64,000 nucleotides of DNA from the NCBI RefSeq assembly GCF_009914755.1, contig NC_060936.1; one strand, 5' to 3'. Origin of the DNA: the human T2T-CHM13v2.0 reference genome, Homo sapiens. Positions within the stretch are counted from its first letter, which is position 1, and the number at the start of each line of letters is the position of its first letter. Below are positions 16,660 to 45,764 of the stretch, piece after piece. A program made the position numbers and the translations under genes. The notes under the pieces were generated by a model, which saw only the letters and a list, made by a program, of their open reading frames with translations, ran no database searches and was not told the DNA's origin.

Positions 16660-17443
16660 TTAGAGACCAGCCTGGGTTACATGGTGAGACCCCATCTCTA
16701 CTAAAATTAGTTAGGCATGGTGGTGCATGCCTGTAGTCCCAGCTACTCAGGAGGCTGAGGTGGGAGGATTACTTGAGCCCGGGAGGCGGAAGTTGCGGGG
16801 AGCCAAGATCGCACCACTGCACTCCACAGCCTGGGTGACAGACTGAGACCTCATCTCAAAAAAAAATAAAATAAAATTAACGTTAGCCAAGCACAGTGGC
16901 TCATACCAGTAATCCTAACACTTTGGGAGGCCAAGGCAAGAGGATCACTTTAAGCTAGGAGTTCGAGACCAGCCTGGGCAACATAGTGAGACCCCCATCT
17001 CTACAAAAATAAGTACAAAAATTAGCTGGGCATGGTGGCGTACACCTGTAGTCTTAGCTACATGGAAGGCTGCGGCAGGAGGATGGCTTGAGCCCAGAAA
17101 TTTGAAGCTGCAGTGAGCTATGATCATACCATTGCACCCCAGCCTGGATAACAGAAGGAGACCCTGTCTCTAATAATTACAGTAATAATAACAATTTAAA
17201 GGTCAAACGTAAACATTACTATTTTAGGGCCAGGAGCAGCGGCTCACACCTATAATCTCAGCACTTTGGGAGGACAAAGTAGGAGGATTGCTTGAACCCA
17301 AGAGTTTGAGAGCAACTTAGGCAACACAGTGAGACCATGTCTTTCAAAAAAAAAAATAATTACCATTTTAGGCCAGGCGCAGTGACTCATGCCTGTAATC
17401 CCAGCACTTTGGGAGGGTGAGGCGGGCGAATCACTTGAGATCA

Positions 17444-17650
<207 letters not shown>

Positions 17651-17689
17651 TCAAAAAAAAAAACAAAACAACAAAAAAAAAACCCTACC

Positions 17690-18460
<771 letters not shown>

Positions 18461-18890
18461 AAATTTCAGAGTATTTAATCTTCTCACAGGGCCACAGAAT
18501 AAAATAGTGCTTAACAAAAAATAACTTAGGCCGGGTGCAATGGCTCACGCCTGTAATCCCAGCACTTTGGGAGGCCGAAGCGGGTGAATCACCTGAGGTC
18601 GGGAGTTCAAGACCAGCCTGGCCAACATGGAGAAAACCTCATCTCTACTAAAAATACAAAATTAGCTGGGCGTGGTGGTGCATGCCTGTAATCCCAGCTA
18701 CTCAGGAGGCTGAGGCAGGAGAATTGCTTGAACCCGGGAGTCGGAGGTTACGGTGAGCTGAGATCGCACATTGCACTCCAGCCTGGGTAACAAAAGCGAA
18801 ACTCCACCTCAAAAAAAAAACTTGTGAGACTGGGCGTGGTAGCCCACGCCTTTAATCCCAGCACTTTGGGAGGCTAAGGCAGATGAATCA

Positions 18891-19115
<225 letters not shown>

Positions 19116-19426
19116 CTATCTCAAAAAATAAAAATAAAAATAACATTTGAGTGGCTGAATTTCAGCAAGCTTGGGCAGGGACCTCTGGGTGCCCCTCAGA
19201 CCACCCTGCTTCTGGCATGACAATCAGTCCATGGTTTTGGGTTGTTTTGGGGTTTTTTTTGTTTTTTGAGATGGTGGTCTCACTCTGTCATCCAGGCTGC
19301 AGTGTAGTGGTACAATCACAGTTCACTGCAGCCTCCATCTCCCAGGCTCAAGTGATCCTCCTACCTCAGTCTCCCAAGTAGCTGGAACTACAGCCACATG
19401 CCATAATGCCCGGCTAATTTTCTTGA

Positions 19427-19567
<141 letters not shown>

Positions 19568-19599
19568 TAAATGGAAGGACATTACAGGCTGCCACCTAA

Positions 19600-20246
<647 letters not shown>

Positions 20247-20565
20247 TAAAGTCTCCCCACCACTTCAGTCCTCTTTCTTGCTTTCTTCCCCATAGACTCC
20301 AGCACCTGTATCTGCCTGTTATATCCTTGATCTGTCATAACACATCCCTTTTTGTCTTTATTTTTTATTTTATTTATTTATTTATTTATTTTACAAATGT
20401 AGTCTTGCTATGTTTCCCAGGCTGGATTTGAACTCCTGGGCTCAAGTGATCCTCCTGCCTCGACCTCCCTAGAAGCTAGGACTACACGCAGGTGCTACTG
20501 TGCCCGGTTTAAAACATCAATTCTTTTTTGCGCATGAGTGTTTTTAAAAATGCCTAATGAAAAAA

Positions 20566-21308
<743 letters not shown>

Positions 21309-21614
21309 TGATAAAATGCAGTAAGGTTTGGAGGAAACTGACAGTTTCACACAGTACTGGAAGGAATATGAATTGATAGAGCCCTTAGAAGGGTTTATCC
21401 ATCAGAGAGCAGGCAGGAAACAGAAGCTACAAACAAAAAGATGAATACAGAGAATTGGTTCCACAAGTAATGAAAGATCTAAGAACCCAAATGGGACAGA
21501 GATTAGCAATAAAGCTGGGTGCAGTGACTCACACCTATAACTCCAGCACTTTGGGAGATCAAGGAGGAAGAATTGCTTGAGCCCAGGAGTTCAAGACCAG
21601 CCTGGGCAACATAG

Positions 21615-22456
<842 letters not shown>

Positions 22457-22499
22457 TCAACCCATCAGGGTGACTCAGGAGCCAGGAAAAGAAGCCTGT

Positions 22500-23040
22500 G
22501 ACCACCACTATCTAATTCCAGAACATTTCCATCTCCCTAAAAAGAAACGCCATACCCAGTAGCAGTCACTCCCTATTCTCCCTCCCCCAACTCCTGGCAA
22601 GCACGAACCTACTTTCTGTCTCTGTAGATGGACCTATTCTGGAAATTCCATTCTGATGGATTTATACAGTATGTGGTCTTTTGTGTCTGGCTTCTTTTCA
22701 TTTAGCTTCATGTTTCTGAGGTTCATCCACACCGTAGCATGGATCAGGACTTTATCCCTTTTTATGCCTAATATTCCATTGTATGGATAGACCACGTTTT
22801 GTTTATCCACTCAACAGTTCATGGACACTTGGGCTGTTTCCCACCTTTTGGCTATTGTGAATAGTGATGGTATGAACATTCACATATATGTTTTTGGATG
22901 AACATAGGTTTTCAGTTCTTTGGGTTACATACCTAGGAGTGGAATTTCTGGGTTGTATGCTAACTCTACATTTAACTTCTTGAGGAACTGCCAGACTGTT
23001 TTCCAAAGTGGCTGCACCATTTTACATCCACCAGCAATGA
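22500..23040 (-). mobile_element. Old L1M 3' fragment
   Basis: ACCTAGGAGTGGAATT..TTGAGGAACTGCCAGACTGTTTTCCAAAGTGGCTGCACCATTTTACAT. Confidence 0.85.
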
Positions 23041-23257
23041 CTCTACATTTCAATGAGCATGAGAAACCCAGCTTGCTATTTAACCATGAATCATGTTCAG
23101 CAATGTGATGATTTTGAAAGAACTAAATAATTATCAAAGATTTTAAAGTTATTCTGAGTAATGGATGATTATATTCCTGATTTCATGTATCTCTGAACAC
23201 TGTACACCCCGAGTAGAATTGTGCCAGCTAGAGCCAATTTTCTCCATTGTTCATTAG

Positions 23258-23703
23258 ACAGAAGTTCACCAGCAGCTAAGTGCTGACACATCATTCCCAG
23301 CATCCACCCCGGATGGGAAAGCCAGCAGTGTCACCGCACGCATGCTGGACCTGCTGCTGCTCAGATCTAAAACTTCTGAAAATGACAAACCCTAACCCTA
23401 CAATTCTGAGACATGATGTTAGAGGGAATGGATAATTGCTCTGATTCCTCTGGGCAAGGAAAATGTAATGTGTGAACCGGTTCTCCTGTGTGCATGCATA
23501 AACACTCTCTTTTGATAATCCAAGAAAATCCAGCTGAAAGGGGGAAAAATGTCTCCTATTGAATAAAATGAGGCCTGACTTTGAGAAAGTCACGCAGAGT
23601 CTTAGGACTCACTCAATACAGAAAGTTCTGGGTAATTAACTGAGCTGCTGGGGAAACTCGATCGCTAGCCTGATAAGCATCACTAAGTATTTCCAGATCC
23701 AAG
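23258..23703 (+). pseudogene. Fossil exon TEVHQQLSADTSFPASTPDGKASSVTARMLDLLLLRSKTSENDKP*...SLISITKYFQIQ
   Basis: ttctccattgttcattag acceptor; 45 open codons; AAG|GTAGCA donor; needs at least one frameshift. Confidence 0.45.
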
Positions 23704-24787
23704 GTAGCATTTCAGCTTCTCAAGGCTCACGAACTGAATTGACCTCCCTCCCTGGGGAAAGGAATTCTCATTGTTGTCTCTGGACCACTTGTTTCATCCA
23801 AAGCCTCCTGAGTAACTAGGACTACAGTTGCACACCACCATGCCCAGCTAATTTTGTTTATTTTTTGTAGAGACAGGTCTCCCTATGTTGTCCAGGCTGG
23901 TCTCGAACTCCTGGAATCAAGCGATCCTCCAGCCTCTACCTCCCAAAGTGCTGGGACTATAGGCATGAGCCACTAAGCCGATCCATATTTTCTCAGGTAT
24001 TATAAAAAGTGATACATACTGTTTGCAGAAAACATCAAAAATATAGAAAAGGAGAACAAGATAAATCAGAAATAGGAAAACTATCATTCCACAACCCAGT
24101 GATAACTTCTATGTCATTTTGATATATTTCCCTTTTCTTTGGTCATTGCTAAATCTCCATACATGCAGCAGCGTCTAGTATGTAATTGGCATGCAATAAA
24201 TATTTGTTAAATGTATTTGTTTTTAAATTTTGGTAAAAGAAGTTAAACTGCCAGTGTGGTGGCTCACGCCTGTAATCCCAGCACTTTGGGAGGCCAAGAC
24301 GGGCGGAGACATAGGGAGACCTGTCTTTGCAAAAAATAAACTAAATTAGGTGGGCATGGTGGTGTGCAACTGTAGTCCTAGCTACTCAGGAGGCTGAGGT
24401 GGGAGGATCACTTGAACCTGGGAGGTGGAGGCTACAGCAAACCATGATCCTATCACTCCTGAGGTCAGAAGTTCAAGACCAGCCTGACCAATAAGATAAA
24501 ACCCCGTCTCTACTAAAAATACAAAAAAAAAAGTTAGCCGGGCGTGGTGGCACGCACCTGTAATCCCAGCTACTCAGGAGGCTGAGACAGGAGACTCATT
24601 TGAACCTGGGAGGCGGAGGGTGCAGTGAGTTGAGACTGTGCCATTGACTCCAGCCTGGGCAACAAGAGTGAAACTCCATCTTAAAAAAGAAAAAAAAAAA
24701 AAGAAAGTTAAACCAAGCAAATTTTACCATAAAATTAGGTAGAATATGGGTATCATCGTGTTAGCTTTGTATCTTTTGATTTTCAAG

Positions 24788-26278
<1,491 letters not shown>

Positions 26279-26451
26279 GTGGTTAAATTTTCCAGTGCCT
26301 TAAGGGAGATTGGAAATTAAAGACTAATGGGAGCCTGTTAAGCAAGCAGTCATACCGCAATGCATCCTCTGTAAAAAACTGAAATTATGTCCGGGCGCAG
26401 TGGCTCAGGCCTGTAATCCTAGCACTCTGGGAGGCCAAGGCCGGCGGATCA

Positions 26452-27255
<804 letters not shown>

Positions 27256-27812
27256 CTCATGATAGCCTAACTGGTCTCTACTATTAAAATCTCAGGGCAC
27301 AGTTCTGTAGATGTAATGGGGGCATTAGGCTGGGTCTCATTGAGTTAGCCCATTAATCTAAATTCTCTCTCTCTACAGCTGAAGTGCTTAATTAATTAAT
27401 AAACAAAGCTATCTTTTTCCCCTTTCTCTTTTTAAATTGAGGTAAAATTAACCATTTTAAAGTGAGCAATTCAGTCCCATTTAGTGCATTTACAATGTTG
27501 GGCAACTATCATCTCCATCTAGTTCCAAAACATTTTCATCACCCCTAAAAGACACTCTGTACCCATTAAGCAATCACTGCCCACTTTCCCCTCTCCCCAG
27601 CCCCTGGCAACCACCAATCTTCCTGTCTCTATGGATTTAACTCTTCCGGATAATCCATATGCAGATGATAATGTTCTGGAACAGATAGCGGTGATGGTTG
27701 CATGTGAAGGTACTAAATGCCACTGAATTGTACCATTTAAAATGGTTAAGGCCGGGCGTGGTGGCTCACGCCTGTAATCCCAGCACTTTGGGAGGCTGAG
27801 GGGGGTGGATCA

Positions 27813-28025
<213 letters not shown>

Positions 28026-28179
28026 TCAAAAAAAAAAAAAAAAAAAAAAAAAAAAGGTTAAAATGGTGAATTTTATGTTAAGGGAATTTTACCACACTAG
28101 AAAAAAATATGAACATCTGCATTTTATAACAAAAGCTACTTGGCTGGTGACCTTCTCAAAAATAATTTGAGTTCTTTAG

Positions 28180-28687
<508 letters not shown>

Positions 28688-29122
28688 TAGAGCGATCTCG
28701 GCTCGCTGCAACCTCCGCCTCCCAGGGTAAAGCGATTCTCCTGCTTCACCCTCCCGAGTAGCTGGGACTACAGGAGTGCGTGCCCAGCTAATTTTTGTAT
28801 TTTTATTAGAGACAGGGTTTCAACATGTTGGCCAGGATGGTCTTGATCTCTTGACCTCGTGATCTGCCCGCCTTGGCCTCCCAAAGTGCTGGGATTACTT
28901 GTGTGAGCCAACAGGACGGGCCCCCCACCTCCCCACTCCCTCCCTCCCTCCCTTCCTTCCTCTCTCTCTCTCTGTTGCCCAGGCTGGAGTACAGTAGTGC
29001 AGTGACACAGTTACAGCTCACTGTGGCCTTGACCTCCTGGCCTTAGGTGATCCTCCCATCTCAGACTCTCAAGCAGCTGGGATTACAGGGGTGCACCACC
29101 ATCCCGAGCTAATTTTTGTATT

Positions 29123-29202
29123 TTAGGTTGGTGCAAAAGCAATTGCGGTTTTTTACCATTGACAGTAATGGCAAAAGCCGCAATTGCTCTTGCATCAAGT
29201 TA
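29123..29202. mobile_element. MADE1 (Hsmar1-derived MITE) inside an Alu linker
   Basis: TTAGGTTGGTGCAAAAGCAATTGCGG...CCGCAATTGCTCTTGCATCAAGTTA terminal inverted repeats, ~80 bp. Confidence 0.9.
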
Positions 29203-29504
29203 TTTTTTTTTTCTCTTTTCTTTTTTTTTTTTTTTTTCCGGTAGAGACCAGGTTTCACCATGTTGCCCAGGCTAGTCTAAAACTCCTAGGCTGGAATCAT
29301 CTGCCCACTTTGGCCTCCCAAACTACTGGGATTACAGGTGCAAGTCACCATGCCTGGCCATGTCACTAGCTTTCTTATTGCCTCTGAAATTGGAAATATA
29401 ACACTTGCCTTCTCTACTTCAAAATAAATAATAAAAAAAGTGTTTGAAAACTATAAAGCATTGTACAAACATAAATTTCTTATTGAATGCAGGGTAAATC
29501 ATAA

Positions 29505-29759
<255 letters not shown>

Positions 29760-29875
29760 TGATCCGCCCGCCTTGGCCTCCCAAAGTGCTGGAATTACAG
29801 GCATGAGCCACCGCACCCAGCTGTGTAAAAGCAAATTTCTAAGAATTTCAATTTTCCTACATTGTATTTGGTCTA

Positions 29876-31653
<1,778 letters not shown>

Positions 31654-31711
31654 TAGCCAGGATGATCTCGATCTCCTGACCTCATGATTCGCCCGCCTCG
31701 GCCTCCGAAAG

Positions 31712-33243
31712 CGAGAGGTGACAGCGTGCTGGCAGCCCTCACAGCCCTCGCTCGCTCTCGGCGCCTCCTCAGCCTTGGCGCCCACTCTGGCCGCACTTGA
31801 GGAGCCCTTCAGCCTGCCGCTGCACTGTGGGAGCCCCTTTCTGGGCTAGCCAAGGCCGGAGCCGGCTCCCTCAGCTTGCGGGGAGGTGTGGAGGGAGAGG
31901 CGAGGGCGGGAACCGGAGCTGTGCGCCACGCTTGCGGGCCAGTGCGAGTTCCAGGTGGGCATGGGCTCGGTGCGCCCTGCACTCGGAGCGGCCAGCCGGC
32001 CCCGCCGGCCCTGGGCAGTGAGGGGCTTAGCACCTGGGCCAGCAGCTGCTGTGCTCGACTTCTCGATGGGCCTTAGCTGCCTCCCTGCAGGGCAGGGCTC
32101 GGGACCTGCAGCCTGCCATGCCTGAGCCTCCCCCCACCCCCTGCCCCCCGCCCTGAGCTCCTTGGCAGCCGGAACCTCCCGGACGAGCCGAGCTAGTCCC
32201 TCCTGCTCCACGGCACCCGGTCCCATCAACCACCCAAGGGCTGAGGAGTACGGGCACATGGCACAGGACTGGCAGGCAGGTCCACCTGCAGCTCCTGTGC
32301 GGGATCCACTGGGTGAAGCCAGCTGGGCTCCTGAGTCTGGTGGGGACTTGGAGAATCTTTATGTCTAGCTAAGGGATTGTAAACACACCAATCTGCACTC
32401 TGTATCTAGTTATTCTGGTGGCGACTTGGAGAACCTTTATGTCTAGCTAAGGGATTGAAAATACACCAGTCAGCACTCTGTATCTAGCTCAAGGTTTGTA
32501 AACACACCAATCAGCACCCTGTGTTTGCTCAGGGTTTGTGACTGCACCAATCGGCACTCTGTATCTAGCTCAAGGTTTGTAAATGCACCAATCAGCACTC
32601 TGTGTCTAGCTCAGGGTTTGTAAATACACCAATGGACACTCTGTGTCTAGCTAATCTAGCGGGGAAGTGGAGAACTGGAGAACTTTTGTGTCTAGCTCAG
32701 GGATTGTTAAATGCACCAATCAGCACCCTGTCAAAATGGACCAATCAGCTCTCTGTAAAGCAGACCAATCAGCTCTCTGTAAAATGGACCAATCAGCAGG
32801 ATGTGTGTGGGGCCAGATAAGAGAATAAAAGCAGGCTGCGGAGCCAGCAGCGACAATCGGTTGGGGTGTTTTTCAAGTGTGTGGGTGGTTTAGTTTTTTC
32901 GCTGTTTGGGGCCATATTGCTTTTATGAGCTGTGACACTCACCGCGAAGGTCTGCGAAGCTTCATTCATGTAAGCCCCCGAGACCACGAACCTGCCGAGA
33001 GGAACGAACAATTGTAGACGCGCCGCCTTAAGAGCTCTAACACTCACCGCGAAGGTCCGCAACTTCACTCCTGAGCCAGCGAGACCAGGAACCCACCAGA
33101 AGGAAAAAACTCTGGAACACATCGGAATATCAGAAAGAACAAACTCCAGACACGGCGCCTTTAACAACTGTAACACTCACAGCGAGTGTCTGCACTTCGT
33201 TCTTGAAGTTAGTAAGGTCAAGAACCCACCACTTCCGGACACA
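31712..33243 (+). mobile_element. Solo LTR12C-like (ERV9) LTR
   Basis: Starts (C)GAGAGGTGACAGCGTGCTGGCAG and ends TTCCGGACACA; tandem CCAATCAGCAC repeats; 4-bp TSD AAAG at 31708-31711 and 33244-33247. Confidence 0.93.
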
Positions 33244-33811
33244 AAAGTAAGGGGATTACAGGTGGGAGCCCCCGCGCCTAGCCCAAACTGGCGTTGATTC
33301 TTCATTTGTATATCGCAGTTAGTAAAAGGGCTCCCTGACCCCTAGCCTTGAATTTGGGGAGTAATTTGATATTCTTGATCATCACTACCTCCTTTGTAAT
33401 ATATTCTTTCAAAGTACGTCTGTTTCCCTTTCCCCCACTACTTGTCAGTATTTTGTTTGGGGGGCGCGGGGGGGGGGTCTCATTCTATTGCCCAGGCTGG
33501 AGTGCAGTGGCGTGATCTTGGCTCACTGCAACCTCTGCTTCCTGGGTTCAAGCGATTCTTCTGTCTTCTGAGTAGCTGGGATTATAGGTGAGCGACACCA
33601 CGCCTGGCTAATTTTTGTATTTTTAGTGGCGATGAGGTTTCATCATGTTGGCTAGGCTGGTTTTGAACTCCTCACCTGAAGTAATCTGTTCACCTCGGCC
33701 TCCCAAAGTGCTGGGATTAAGAGGTGTCAACCACCGTGCCTAGCTAAATGTTTGCATTTTTTATGGAGACGGGGTTTCACCATGTTGCCCAGGCTGGTCT
33801 CAAACTCCTAG

Positions 33812-34159
<348 letters not shown>

Positions 34160-35295
34160 TAATCCACACGCCTTGGCCTCCTAAAGTGCTGGCATTACAG
34201 GCGTGAGCCACCATGCCCAGCTGTATTTTATTTTATAGAGACAGGGTTTCACTGTGTTACCCAGGTTAGTCTTGAACTCCTGGACTCAAGTGATCCTCTT
34301 GCCTTGACCTCCCAATGTGCTGGGGTTGCAGGCGTGAGCCCGTTCCCAGATATTTTCTGAACCTTTGTTCAGAAATACCAATGGTGAATAGGCAGTGGAC
34401 AACATTTGGGGAATAGGCAGGAAGTGGGGAAGGTGCGGAGGGGGTGGAGATGAACACCCAAACTCTGGGGCCTTGCCTCTCAAATTTTAGACACCTTGAA
34501 AATATACCTGATTCCAATCTCTTACACAAATGGTAAACATAAATAGGAAGATAGCGCATTTGGCAAACAGGTGCCAAGCAACAGTCTTGAACAGATGATT
34601 GAACATTTCATTTGTTTCTCTGTTAATAATTAATCCATTTGGAATGTAAATTTCCAGCTAATCTTTTAACTCTTCTTTAGCCACTCTAGAGTAATAGGAA
34701 AAGGGTAGTAAGCTTCTGGATTTGATTTTTCCTAAGTACAAATTATCCTGAGAACTCAAATTACATGATTTTTCTTTTTCTTTCAGGAAAAGCATTCAGG
34801 TATAATTAAGTCGAACAACATCGTGCCCATAATTTTCCACTTTTAAGAGATGGGGTTTCACTCTGTCACCCAGGCTAAAGTGCAGTGGTATGATTATAGC
34901 TCATTGCAGCCTTGATCTCCTGGCCTCAAGCCATCCTCCCACCTCAGCCTCCGAAAGTGTTGGGATAATAAGTGTAAACCACTGTGCCTGGTTTACTTTC
35001 TACATGTTAACACTAGTGATTAAATGAAGATTGAAAATAGAAACATGCTAGGGGAAAAATACTTTGAATGTTATCTATGGCTCCACTATATTGGAGAAGT
35101 TGTCAAACTTTTTACAAAATCAAAATGAAAAAAAAGACCAAAAAAAATTTTTTTGAGTGTCTCACTCTGTTACCCAGGCTGGAGTGCAATGGTGCAATCA
35201 CCATGGTAGCCTTCACTGTGCAGGCTCAAGCCACCCTACCACGTCAGCCTCATGAGTAGCTGGGACCACAGGCACGCACCACCTTGCGTGGCTAG

Positions 35296-35454
<159 letters not shown>

Positions 35455-35459
35455 TAGCT

Positions 35460-37395
<1,936 letters not shown>

Positions 37396-37554
37396 TGAGC
37401 CACTGTGCGCGGCCAGGAACTACCTTTTTGTATTCTAAGAGTTAGCTCCAAACTAGTCAATGCTGAAGGCCTTGACATTACAATTCTCATTTGTTTCTAA
37501 AATACATAAAGACGCTAAAACAATTGGCTTGATGGAAAAAAAAAGTTCAACTCA

Positions 37555-38570
<1,016 letters not shown>

Positions 38571-38642
38571 AAAGAAAAAGAAAAATGTTTAACTCTACCA
38601 AAAATAAAAGAAATGCAAATCAAAATAAGAAAAATGCCATTA

Positions 38643-38804
<162 letters not shown>

Positions 38805-38909
38805 TCATGCCTGTAATCCCAACATGCTGTGAGGCTGAGGCAGGTGGGTCACTTGACGTCAGGAGTTAGAGACCAGCCTGGCCAACATGGTGAAACCCCA
38901 TTTCTACTA

Positions 38910-39418
<509 letters not shown>

Positions 39419-39776
39419 TAATTTTTGTATTTTTAGTAGAGATGGGGTTTCACCATGTTGGCTATATGCTGGTCTTGAATTCCTGACCTCAGGTGATCTG
39501 CCTACCTCGGCCTTTCAAAGTGCTGGGATTATAGACATGAGCCACCATGCCCAGCTTGATCCTATTTCAAATAAATAAATAAAATAGACACAGTATTGGC
39601 CAAGATTTGAGTAAATTAATAAGCGCTGATCAGAGTGCAGAGAATTGGGCTGTTTCTATACAAAACCAATAGAAATGCAAATTGATACACCCATTCTCTG
39701 GAAAAATTTGAATGTAGCCTGGACAACATAGCAAGACCCCCATGTCTTTAAAATAATGAGAACATCTGTGTTCTAA

Positions 39777-40083
<307 letters not shown>

Positions 40084-40085
40084 TA

Positions 40086-40305
<220 letters not shown>

Positions 40306-40481
40306 TTAAGTCTGGCTGTTGTAATTGTCAGATGTACATCAAAATGCTGGTACTGCTTATCTTTAAGTAGTGGAATCGTAATTTTAATATTCTTTTGTAC
40401 ACTTTTCTGTATTTCTACAATAATGCATTTTCCTTTTGTAATCAGAAAAAAAAAAGAAAATTAAGATTTCGGTCCTCATAG

Positions 40482-42890
<2,409 letters not shown>

Positions 42891-43893
42891 GTCTACTTTA
42901 TTCATTTATCAGTTGATAATGTTCGTATTTCATTGCGTCTGTCTAATTTGGCTATAAATGTGCAAGAGCGTCAGCCTGTCTGCCTTGGATTGTAAACTGT
43001 TAGAGGAGAGAGGCAAGGTTTAGCTAATTCTCTGTGTGAATCATTTAGCATGGCATAGCACTACACACAATCAAGGTTTTAATAAATGTGTTGATTATGA
43101 TCTTTGAAAAAAGGCTTAGTCCCATTTATCGTCTTCTCGACCTTGTCAGCACTTCTCAAGAGGGTGGGGAGAGTTGACTTAATCTACATTTTTTTTTTTT
43201 TGAGACAGAATCCCACTCTGTCATCCAGGCTGGAGTGCAGTGGTGTGATCTCGGCTCACTGCAACCTCTGCCTCCCCAGGTTCAAGCAATTCTTGTGCCT
43301 CAGCCTCCCAAGTAGTTGGGATTACAGGTATGCGCCACCATGCCCGGCTAATTTTTGTATTTTTAGTAGAGACAGGGTTTCACCATGTTGAACAGGCTGG
43401 TCTCAAACTCCACACCTGAAGTGATCTGCCCGCCTTGGCCTCCCAAAATGCTGGGATTACAGGCGTGAACCACCGCACCTGGCCTACTTTTAATACCTGA
43501 AGCTTATGCTAAATACGATAACTGCAACGTATCAGTGACGTCTGTTGGTGAATGTCTGAAATGTATTTTCACATTTCTGTAGCTGTTTGAGATGATATTA
43601 CTTATATGGTACTTGGACACTTGACTTGAAGTAAATATGTTTTAAAATTGAATCACTTCAGTGTGAAATTCAAATTTTGTGGAATCCAAAAATATTTATT
43701 TTGACTTTTGCCAACTGTTATTGGGGATGGAATGCCTAATCCTTGAATTGTAACTTCAACAGAAAGGTCTCATTACCAGCACAGGGGTGAACAAAGGCTC
43801 AAGGAGACAGGAGACTTCTATATTTTGCCTCTTAACTATTTTTATTACAGTCAGTGATGTTAATCTCTAAAATATCCCAATAAATTAATGTAA

Positions 43894-44283
<390 letters not shown>

Positions 44284-44787
44284 TGAAATGTATAAAGAAG
44301 ATGAAGGCCAGGTGTGGTGGCTCACACCTGTAATCCCAGCACTTTGGGAGGCTGAGGTGGGAGGAACACTTGAGCCCAGGGGTTTGAGATCAACTTAGGC
44401 ACCATAGGGAGACCCTGTCTCACAAAACTTTTTTCAATAATTGTCTGGGTATGGTGGCATGTGCCTATGGTCCCCGCTACTCAGGAGGCTAAGGCAGGAG
44501 GATTGCTTGAGCCTAGGAGGTTAAGGCTGTGGTGAGCCATGTTTGTGCCACTGAACTCCAGCTTGGGCAACAAAAAGAAGGTAGACATGGTAACTGCCCT
44601 CATGGAGTGTAAAGTCTATCCAGACAAGTAACCAGTTACACAGTGGGCTGCATTTGTGGATGGGAGGAGATGTTGACTAGAGAGGAACAGACACAGACAC
44701 ACACAAACACACACATTTCTGGGATGACAGAAATGTTCTTATTTTGTTCTGGGTGAGTACATGAATGTATTCAGTCATCAAAACTCA

Positions 44788-45096
<309 letters not shown>

Positions 45097-45595
45097 TTAA
45101 GTTTCGTGCATTTTATTATACCTTAATTGCACTTCAATTTAAAAAAAAAAGCAGAAAAGAAAAACCAAGGTAGCAAAATAGCGATTATAATACGGTATGA
45201 CAGTGAGTATCGTGTATGATGTACATGTGTATCAGTGTGCCTGACAACTTTAGGAGTTAAGAGTACAGCTCCTTGAGAAAGTCTACAGAGCTGGTAGCTA
45301 AAGGTTGATTAAAGATAGCCAGTCCAGGAAGCCAATGAAGCGCTTCCTCTGAACTTGGAAGAGATGGGGAATTTACATCTCAAAAGAGCTTGCCTGTGCA
45401 AAGGCCCAGAGGTAGGAGAGTATGACCCACTGGGGCACTGCAAGCAGTTCAGTATGGTTACAGTGGAGGTTGTGAGGTGAGGGTGGTGGGAAGTAGGCCT
45501 GGAGGGGTGAGCAGGGAATGGACGATAAAGGACCCTGTAACACTATTTTAATAAATTTGGACTTTTTCATGAGGCCATTGGGAAACCCTAAAGGA

Positions 45596-45764
<169 letters not shown>

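Noticed and set aside
32350-32800. Tandem ~40-bp repeats superficially like a CRISPR array
   Set aside because: They are LTR12 U3 enhancer repeats; eukaryotic DNA, no unique spacers, no cas genes.
31797-33176. Several ORFs in a GC-rich block, which also looks like a CpG island
   Set aside because: All lie within the LTR12C.
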